This document shows positions 30,128 through 38,719 of a stretch of DNA of 64,000 nucleotides, in pieces. The translations under genes were made by a program, and so were the position numbers. The notes beneath the pieces are model-generated. The model saw only the letters and a program-made list of their open reading frames with translations, searched no databases and had not been told where the DNA came from. Origin of the DNA: Candidatus Kapaibacterium sp. (GTDB taxonomy: Bacteria; Bacteroidota; Ignavibacteria; Kapaibacteriales; UBA2268). Within the stretch, counting starts at the first letter, position 1; each line of letters begins with the position of its first letter. The stretch lies in assembly GCA_023957315.1 (NCBI GenBank), contig JAMLHE010000018.1, forward strand, positions 1,616 through 65,615, given 5' to 3'.

Positions 30128-30197
30128 GCACCCTATCCTTCGGAGAGGGTAGGGGTAAGGTTCTTTGTCTTAATTTTTCGGATTTGGTTATTCCCCC

Positions 30198-31751
30198 TCA
30201 ATGCTTAAAGTGTCTCATCCCCGTGAATATCATTGCTAAGTTGTTGGCGTCGGCGGCTTTGATGACTTCTTCGTCGCGAACTGAACCACCGGGCTGAATA
30301 ATTGCTGTGGCTCCGGCTTTGGCTGCTTCCATCAAGCCGTCTGCAAAGGGGAAGAATGCGTCTGATGCTACGACGGTGCCATCAAGGTCGAGCCCCATCA
30401 ATTTTGCTTTTTCGACTGCGATTCTCGACGAATCCACACGCGACATTTGCCCGGCACCGATTCCCATTGTCCGGTCGTCGGCACAATACACAATGGCGTT
30501 CGATTTTACGTGCTTGCAAATTTTCCACGCAAACATCAAGGCTTTATACTCGGATTCGCTCGGTTTGCGCTGTGTGACGATTTGCATTTTGCTTTCGTCG
30601 AAAAGTTCTTTGTTTTCATCTTGCAACAAAAATCCACCCACTACCGAACGAACATCAGTACCTGTGAAATCAGGAATTAAGTCGTAATCGGCTTTGATTA
30701 AGCGTCTGTCTTTCTTGCGGGTCAGCAGTTCTAATGCGTCGTAGCTGAAATCGGGTGCAATTATGACTTCTGTGAAAATATCGTGCATCGCAAGTGCCGA
30801 ATCAAGGTCTATTTTGCGATTCACGGCAATTATCCCACCGAATGGCGAAACCGTATCTGTGGCAAATGCTTTTTGGTATGCTTCTGCAAGTGTGGTAGCA
30901 GTCCCGACTCCGCATGGATTTGTATGCTTTATAATTGCTACAGTCGGCTCGTCAAATTCGATTATCAGCTTTGCAGCGGCGTTTATATCCAAAATATTAT
31001 TGAACGACAGCTCTTTTCCGTGAATTTTCGCGAACACTTTGCTGAATCGTCCCAACAGTGCCGCTTTTTGATGCGGGTTTTCGCCGTAACGCAAGTCGTA
31101 TTCTTTGTTTACAGGGATTGTCATTCGTGTTGGGATTTCGATTTTGTTGAATTTGTTCAGATATTGCGAAATCAGCGAATCGTAATAGGATGTGAGTGAG
31201 AACACTTCTCCGGCTAATTTTGCACGAAATGCTTCGGGAATCGTGTTGCCATTTTTCTTCATCAATTCGATTATTTCGTCGTATTGCTCGGGATTGACGA
31301 CAGGCAATGTCCATTTGTAATTTTTGGCAGCAGCGCGCAACATTGTGGGTCCGCCGATGTCAATATTTTCGATTAATTCCTCGTGAGTCGCATTGTCGTT
31401 GTAGTAAACCTCCTCGAATGGGTAGAGATTGACGATTAGCAAATCAATCGAAGTGATTGCGTGCTCTTGCATTTGCTTCAAATGGTCGGGCTTGCCTAAG
31501 TCTGCTAATATTCCTGCGTGAATGTTTGGGTGCAAAGTTTTGACTCTACCGCCCAAAATTTCCGGGAAATCGGTCATCTCACTCACTGATTTCACGGCGA
31601 CACCGTTTCTATTCAATAGGTCTGCCGTGCCACCTGTGGAAAAAATTTCGACCCCGAGTGAGACCAATTCCTTGCTGAATTCTACAATACCGCTTTTGTC
31701 CGAGACTGATATTAATGCTCTTTTAATTACATGCGAACTTGAGTTGCTCAT
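30198..31751 (-). CDS. purH: Bifunctional AICAR formyltransferase / IMP cyclohydrolase
   Basis: 517 aa. N-terminal MGS-like RALISVSDKSGIVEFSKEL..., HPNIHAGIL, C-terminal ...IIQPGGSVRDEEVIKAADANNLAMIFTGMRHFKH. Confidence 0.95.
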   Translation of the reverse strand: MSNSSSHVIKRALISVSDKSGIVEFSKELVSLGVEIFSTGGTADLLNRNGVAVKSVSEMTDFPEILGGRVKTLHPNIHAGILADLGKPDHLKQMQEHAITSIDLLIVNLYPFEEVYYNDNATHEELIENIDIGGPTMLRAAAKNYKWTLPVVNPEQYDEIIELMKKNGNTIPEAFRAKLAGEVFSLTSYYDSLISQYLNKFNKIEIPTRMTIPVNKEYDLRYGENPHQKAALLGRFSKVFAKIHGKELSFNNILDINAAAKLIIEFDEPTVAIIKHTNPCGVGTATTLAEAYQKAFATDTVSPFGGIIAVNRKIDLDSALAMHDIFTEVIIAPDFSYDALELLTRKKDRRLIKADYDLIPDFTGTDVRSVVGGFLLQDENKELFDESKMQIVTQRKPSESEYKALMFAWKICKHVKSNAIVYCADDRTMGIGAGQMSRVDSSRIAVEKAKLMGLDLDGTVVASDAFFPFADGLMEAAKAGATAIIQPGGSVRDEEVIKAADANNLAMIFTGMRHFKH

Positions 31752-31826
31752 ATTAACTTTTCCAAAATAATTTTTTCAATTTACATTTATAAAGAATTTA
31801 AAATTACGGATTGATTAACAAAATAA

Positions 31827-31863
31827 AAAATTTACTTTTCATTTTAGTCATATCATATGAATT
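31827..31863. repeat. 37-bp perfect direct repeat, copy 1 (contains palindrome TCATAT-C-ATATGA)
   Basis: AAAATTTACTTTTCATTTTAGTCATATCATATGAATT, identical to 31971-32007. Confidence 0.85.
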
Positions 31864-31970
31864 CATGTCACGTCAGTTGTTGTAATTGAAGAATAGGGAT
31901 GAATCTTGTATTATAGTCGTTTTTGTAGCAATTGACGATTCACTAACTATAGAACAACTGACGAGACGGC

Positions 31971-32007
31971 AAAATTTACTTTTCATTTTAGTCATATCAT
32001 ATGAATT
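31971..32007. repeat. 37-bp perfect direct repeat, copy 2
   Basis: Identical to 31827-31863, 144 bp apart, in the purH/cysS divergent intergenic region. Confidence 0.85.
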
Positions 32008-32054
32008 GAATCGTCATTGCACTTGAATTTTAAATTTAGAAGAATGGAAACGAA

Positions 32055-33515
<1,461 letters not shown>

Positions 33516-33520
33516 TAAAT

Positions 33521-34384
33521 ATGAAATTTGGAGTTATCGGCACAGGAAAATTAGGCACAAGTTTAATTAAATTATTATCGAAGGATAATAAATTAAGCTG
33601 GCTTGTAGCACGGTCGAATTCGAGTTATGACAAAATTACGCAATTAGCAGGGACATCAACAGTTTATCGCTCAATTAATACGATAGATATAAATTGCGAT
33701 TGCATATTCATTTGTACCGATGACAAGAATTTATCCGGAGCAATTCAGAAATTGACTGCTAATAATGCTATCAATCATGCTATAACATTTTATATACATT
33801 GTGCAGGTTCCATCGGAATTGATATTTTCCAGCCATTAATTGATAAGGGTGCAAATGTAGCAGCCTGCCATCCATACCAAACCTTTTTTGCCGAAAATAT
33901 TTCATCATTCAATAATATTCCTTGGGGCATTGAATCAAGTGATGAAATTTATTCAACGGTTGAATTAATAATTGCATCGCTAAAGGGAATTCCGGTTAGA
34001 TTGAGTGCTAATGTGCTGAAACAAAAGTCTTTATATCACCTATCGGCAGTAGCTTCATCCAATCTAATGACGGCAGCTATTCAATTAGCAAAGCAAATAG
34101 CTGAGACATCAGGAGTTGATTCCTCTGTATTTTTGCCCGAAATCTTGAAAACAACTCTCGAGAATAATATTAATAGTTTGGGCGATAAGAGTTTTCCCTT
34201 GACGGGACCAATCGCAAGGGGTGATGTTGATGTAGTTAAATCGCATATCGAAAAATTAGCCCAACAGCCTCATTTGCGAGATGCTTACATTGCTATGTCA
34301 TTAGCAACTGTAACTTTAGCTTATTCTGAACAGCTAATTGATGAATCAACTTATAATTCTTTTCTCGGAATATTAAATGGTTGA
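33521..34384 (+). CDS. Rossmann-fold NAD(P)-binding protein (DUF2520/ProC-like)
   Basis: MKFGVIGTGKLGTSL at the preferred ATG 33521 (the track starts at TTG 33512). The C-terminal half resembles DUF2520-type proteins from memory. Confidence 0.6.
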   Translation: MKFGVIGTGKLGTSLIKLLSKDNKLSWLVARSNSSYDKITQLAGTSTVYRSINTIDINCDCIFICTDDKNLSGAIQKLTANNAINHAITFYIHCAGSIGIDIFQPLIDKGANVAACHPYQTFFAENISSFNNIPWGIESSDEIYSTVELIIASLKGIPVRLSANVLKQKSLYHLSAVASSNLMTAAIQLAKQIAETSGVDSSVFLPEILKTTLENNINSLGDKSFPLTGPIARGDVDVVKSHIEKLAQQPHLRDAYIAMSLATVTLAYSEQLIDESTYNSFLGILNG

Positions 34385-34423
34385 TTAATATTAATTATCA
34401 TGCTTTTAGACATTAAAAATTAC

Positions 34424-34457
34424 AAAAAAAAGGACGCTTTTATACGCGTCCTTTTTA
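34424..34457. terminator. Bidirectional terminator between convergent genes
   Basis: A8 run, AGGACGC-TTTTATAC-GCGTCCT, then a T5 run. Confidence 0.65.
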
Positions 34458-34478
34458 AGTTTAAATGAAGAATTAATC

Positions 34479-35456
34479 TTATTTCTTGGCTGCTGTGATT
34501 AATGTCACTTGGTTGTCAACAGGAGGGAGACTTCGTAAATAAGCGTAAATTGCCCTCAAATCTTCTTCATCCATGCCACCATACATTTGCCACGGCATAA
34601 ATGTTTGAAATTCGCCGGGTTTGACAGGGTGAGGCACATAAGCACTATCAACGAAAGATTTGAATTTATTGACAAATGCTTCCTCTGTCCAACTTGCTAA
34701 ACCTGTCGCATGAGGCGTAAGGTTTGGAGTTCTCATTAGTGTACCGTCAGGAAATGTGAATTCCCGTCCTCCGGCTAATAATTCGCCAACAAATTTTCCT
34801 TTTTCAAATTTAGTGTGGCAATCTGCACAAGCAGCGGCATTTGTCAAATATTGTCCGTATTCAACAATACTTGATTTCGACGGCATAGGCTGCAAATCTG
34901 CTTCAACAGGAATTGTCCGCATAATTAAACTCATCGGGAAATCTGCTTTTGATTCCGGATGATTAGTTTCAATCGGTTCCAAAGTACGAAGATATGCAAT
35001 AACCGATTTGATGTCCTCGGGGTCCATTTTGCCATAATTCATATATGGCATTACGGGGAAAATCGGGTCACCGTCACGATTTACACCTGTAGTTAATAAT
35101 CGGAACAATTCACCGTCAGTCCAATCCCCAATCCCGAATGGAGTAATATTCTTAGATACAAACACTCCCGGGAAACCCATTGATTGGTCAAAAATATCAC
35201 CTCCGGCAGCCATCGTTCCCGGTTTAGGTGGTCCCGCAAAAAGCGAGAAATCTCTTTCTGCATGGCAATCCATACATAGCATCACATGGTTTGCTAAGTA
35301 TTTGCCTCGCTCTACACGTTCATCGGTTAATTCAACCTTCAAATCCTGTGCAGCTGATATATTCGGCAGAAAATTGGATATATAAATAAACAATCCGCTG
35401 ATTATTACTATAATTACAACGATTGCAATTGCTGCTATACGTAAACCTTTGCTCAT
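34479..35456 (-). CDS. Membrane-anchored dihaem c-type cytochrome
   Basis: 325 aa, N-terminal TM anchor. Two CXXCH sites (CMDCH, CADCH), each followed by a distal Met-containing ...MP(Y/W).. segment. Confidence 0.75.
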   Translation of the reverse strand: MSKGLRIAAIAIVVIIVIISGLFIYISNFLPNISAAQDLKVELTDERVERGKYLANHVMLCMDCHAERDFSLFAGPPKPGTMAAGGDIFDQSMGFPGVFVSKNITPFGIGDWTDGELFRLLTTGVNRDGDPIFPVMPYMNYGKMDPEDIKSVIAYLRTLEPIETNHPESKADFPMSLIMRTIPVEADLQPMPSKSSIVEYGQYLTNAAACADCHTKFEKGKFVGELLAGGREFTFPDGTLMRTPNLTPHATGLASWTEEAFVNKFKSFVDSAYVPHPVKPGEFQTFMPWQMYGGMDEEDLRAIYAYLRSLPPVDNQVTLITAAKK

Positions 35457-35722
35457 AAAAACACTCCCTGAATTTAAAACAAAAAATTTAATTTGTAAAA
35501 ATGCTTACTTTAAACATAAAAAAAATTATAATACGTAACGAATAAAATTTAGTTTCAAACATAAAAAAAATTTTAGTTCCAGGCAATTATTTTGTTTGTC
35601 CGCAAAAATTTTTCCTACTATGAATATTTTTTTAAAAAAAATTTTGTGAAAACTAAAATATTTATTACGTTTGTGTATGTTAATTTTCTGTTAAGTCTAA
35701 CTTTTTATAAGGGAATGCTTTT

Positions 35723-36487
35723 ATGTATAGATTGATTTTATCACTTATTGCGTTATTCGCAATTGTTTTGGTTTCATGTTCTGATGATGCCACAAATAAT
35801 TCTAAAGCCGGAACATTTTATTCCGAAACTAAAGTACTCGGAAACGGGAATGCCAAAAGTTTCGTAGAATTGGACAATTCGGGCAATCCTGCTGCGATTG
35901 GAATTGTTTTCAGCGAAACTTCTTTAGAAGGGCTTGGAGACCAAATGTCCGAATTGGTTTTATCCGTTCCTGCGCAAGCCGGACCAACAAATGTAAAGCA
36001 TATTTCAATTGATTGGAGTCCAATGGGACACGAACCACCCGGAATTTATGATGTCCCACACTTCGACATACATTTTTATATGATTGATGAAGTAACTCGT
36101 GACGGTATCTCCGGAATAGGAGAGGATGAGGAAAAAGCTTATAAAATGCCTGAAGCTGACTACATAGCCGAAGGGTATATGATACCTCAGGGAAGTGTTG
36201 TTATCCCCAAGATGGGGCTTCATGCTATTGATATGACTTCACCAGAACTCAATGGTGGTACTTTTACCGAAACTTTCATATATGGCTATTACGACGGCAA
36301 AATGCACTTCTATGAGCCGATGATAACAATAGAATATTTGAAAACTAAACCAAATTTGGACAAAGCTATCAAAAAACCTGCAAAATATCCGGCGGCAGGT
36401 TGGTATCCGTCTAAAATGAATATCACTTTCAATGAAACAAACAAAGAATATACTGTGAAATTGAGCGGTATGGCTGAATATAAGTAA
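35723..36487 (+). CDS. Hypothetical lipoprotein
   Basis: 254 aa. Lipobox VLVSC. Conserved-looking PHFDIHFY segment. No family assigned. Confidence 0.5.
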   Translation: MYRLILSLIALFAIVLVSCSDDATNNSKAGTFYSETKVLGNGNAKSFVELDNSGNPAAIGIVFSETSLEGLGDQMSELVLSVPAQAGPTNVKHISIDWSPMGHEPPGIYDVPHFDIHFYMIDEVTRDGISGIGEDEEKAYKMPEADYIAEGYMIPQGSVVIPKMGLHAIDMTSPELNGGTFTETFIYGYYDGKMHFYEPMITIEYLKTKPNLDKAIKKPAKYPAAGWYPSKMNITFNETNKEYTVKLSGMAEYK

Positions 36488-36514
36488 TCATCTTGTGTAT
36501 GTGTTTATAAACGA

Positions 36515-36545
36515 AAGCTGCTTCTCTGAGGCAGCTTTTTGTTTT
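36515..36545 (+). terminator. Rho-independent terminator
   Basis: AGCTGC-TTCTCTGAG-GCAGCT followed by TTTTTGTTTT. Confidence 0.55.
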
Positions 36546-36617
36546 AGTTTGAAATCGTTCATAAAATCATATTCCTCTTGCTTCGTGTAAAATAGCTTTA
36601 AATAGAGGATTATAAAA

Positions 36618-37364
36618 ATGCAAAATAGATATTTCGTAGCGAAAAAGTTAAAATTCATACTTGTACCGATTTTATTTGTGTTCATGGGCTTCATCGGCGT
36701 TCAAGCTCAGATGAAAACTTTGGACGAGCAAGTTCATTACTATTCGGAGCGATATAAAGTGAATTGCACAGACGAGAAAATCACTGATAATTTCGGCAAC
36801 GGGCACCCTGAATTATACGGTACACGAAATATGCGCCCCATTTTACATGGCGTAGCTTATCGTGGCGGTGCAAATAACTACTACCACAATACCGCCAAAC
36901 GCGACAATCACAATCCTTTGCCTCCCGACGGTATGATGAATTTGTGCATCGAAGGCTTCTCGGATGCTGTCTATCTTTACTCCAAGAACTTTGATTCGTC
37001 TGAAAAGCAACTCGAAGCCAACGGCAATACTCTAAATTACCACCAGATTACGGGCAATTCAAAAGCTGAAATCAAGCAAATCATTCAGATGGTTTATGAT
37101 GTTATCAATCGTAAAAACGAGGGTCCAATCTATTTCCATTGTTGGAACGGATGGCATCAATCTGGCTACGTTTCAGCATCAATTTTGAAGCAATTTTGCG
37201 ACTATGATAGCGACGAAGCCTACGATTATTGGATGCGAAACACTGACGGAGTCAACAAAGGCTACGACAATGTAAAGCAAATGGTCCGAAATTTCGAACC
37301 ATTTGCTGAATTTACAATCTCTGCCGAAACTAAGACACTAATTTGCCCTTGTAGAGCGAAGTGA
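36618..37364 (+). CDS. Secreted hypothetical protein with PTP-like HCxxGxxx(S/T) loop lacking the Arg
   Basis: 248 aa, signal peptide. HCWNGWHQSG at nt 37137-37166. Confidence 0.45.
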   Translation: MQNRYFVAKKLKFILVPILFVFMGFIGVQAQMKTLDEQVHYYSERYKVNCTDEKITDNFGNGHPELYGTRNMRPILHGVAYRGGANNYYHNTAKRDNHNPLPPDGMMNLCIEGFSDAVYLYSKNFDSSEKQLEANGNTLNYHQITGNSKAEIKQIIQMVYDVINRKNEGPIYFHCWNGWHQSGYVSASILKQFCDYDSDEAYDYWMRNTDGVNKGYDNVKQMVRNFEPFAEFTISAETKTLICPCRAK

Positions 37365-37373
37365 TTTGGCGGA

Positions 37374-38717
37374 CTACTCCTTCACAAACTGCCCATAACC
37401 GGTGCGCGTGGGCGAATACAATAACAAATAATATGCACCTTTGGGGAGTTCGCCGATTGGCACTTCACCCGTAAATAGAGACTTTTGCAGCAATGCACCC
37501 TTGGCATCATAAATCAGATATTCATCATAAATATGAGCGTCGGCTAATTCAATTTGCAACAATTCATGTGTCGGGTTGGGAAATAGTTTCAACTGCTTAA
37601 TCGGGAAACTTTGCGAAACACTTGACGGGTCAACACCTGTATAGCGGTAGATGTTATTGTAACTATTCATTGCAATACCAACTGCATTATATTTATCAAT
37701 CATATAAACATAACTGATTCTGTCCGGATGACTTATATAACTGAAACTCGTATCTTCAATCCAAGTTTTACCACCGTCATTAGTCCAAAATATATTTGCT
37801 AATGCAACTGCTATTCCGTTTAATGTATCAGCAAAGTGAATATCCACTATAGGGTCATTTGGGATTATTACAGTGTCCATGACAACCTTCCACGATTTAC
37901 CACCGTCAGAAGTTCGCCTAATAACCTTAGTCATTCCACCTACTGAACTGTATTCTTCACCATCATAACAGAAACCAAGGTTTTCGTTGTAAAAATAAAA
38001 ACCACCGAATGGAGGAATCTCGGGACCCGGATAAACACTCCAAGTTTCACCGTAATCAGTTGATTTATGAAAATAATAAACCGAATCTACCTTATTATCT
38101 ACTTCAATAAAATATGCAATTCCATCACCGTGAGTTTCGAGGTAACTCACTGCATTTTCGTTGATTAATTCAGGCCCATCAATTCTATACCAATTTATAC
38201 CACCATCAATAGTCTTTTGTATTACTTGTTTGTTTTCAAGTAAGACCTGAAAAACAATACCAACTTTGTTATTCCAAAAGCTAATCTGAAAAGACCTCAA
38301 TTGATTTTCAAATCTGTCCTTAGTCCAAGTTTCGCAATTATCGGTTGAATAATAATAATATCCTGAATCACAAACAACCATAGCAAGCGTTGTATCAGGA
38401 TAAGCAAAGGCATTAGCTCTGCTTGGAGCAAAATATACTCCATCATAATTGCCGGGGAATTTCTCTTTATGCTTTATTTCCCAAGTCAATCCGCTATCTG
38501 AACTTTTTACCATAAAAGGTGACCGATAATCCATATTCGAAACAACTAAAAGGTCTTTTTTATTAGGCGATTTTATACCAATATAATGAGCAGATGCATT
38601 TGAGCCCAAACTATTCTTTGCTTTTAAATTATATACTGTTTTCCAATTTTCAGTAGCCATAGAATTTGTAAAACAGCAAATCCAAATAATTAATACAATA
38701 TTGATAATACTTTTCAT
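37374..38717 (-). CDS. BNR/Asp-box repeat beta-propeller protein with T9SS C-terminal sorting domain
   Basis: 447 aa. Six SxDxGxTW-type boxes (SSDSGLTW, STDNCETW, TIDGGINW, STDYGETW, TSDGGKSW, TNDGGKTW). C-terminus LKLFPNPTHELLQIEL...GAYYLLLYS. Confidence 0.75.
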   Translation of the reverse strand: MKSIINIVLIIWICCFTNSMATENWKTVYNLKAKNSLGSNASAHYIGIKSPNKKDLLVVSNMDYRSPFMVKSSDSGLTWEIKHKEKFPGNYDGVYFAPSRANAFAYPDTTLAMVVCDSGYYYYSTDNCETWTKDRFENQLRSFQISFWNNKVGIVFQVLLENKQVIQKTIDGGINWYRIDGPELINENAVSYLETHGDGIAYFIEVDNKVDSVYYFHKSTDYGETWSVYPGPEIPPFGGFYFYNENLGFCYDGEEYSSVGGMTKVIRRTSDGGKSWKVVMDTVIIPNDPIVDIHFADTLNGIAVALANIFWTNDGGKTWIEDTSFSYISHPDRISYVYMIDKYNAVGIAMNSYNNIYRYTGVDPSSVSQSFPIKQLKLFPNPTHELLQIELADAHIYDEYLIYDAKGALLQKSLFTGEVPIGELPKGAYYLLLYSPTRTGYGQFVKE

Positions 38718-38719
38718 GC

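Noticed and set aside
30302-31199. Several 77-138-aa plus-strand ORFs within purH
   Set aside because: All overlap purH on the opposite strand. purH is unambiguous across its full length.
31752-32054. T-box or known riboswitch leader upstream of cysS
   Set aside because: I could not identify a specifier loop/T-box consensus or any riboswitch core by eye. I kept it only as an unexplained structured region in the findings.
35500-35580. Short direct repeat AAACATAAAAAAAATT (two copies about 46 bp apart) upstream of the 35723 ORF
   Set aside because: It is low-complexity A/T-rich intergenic sequence, and a 16-mer of this composition is likely to recur by chance.
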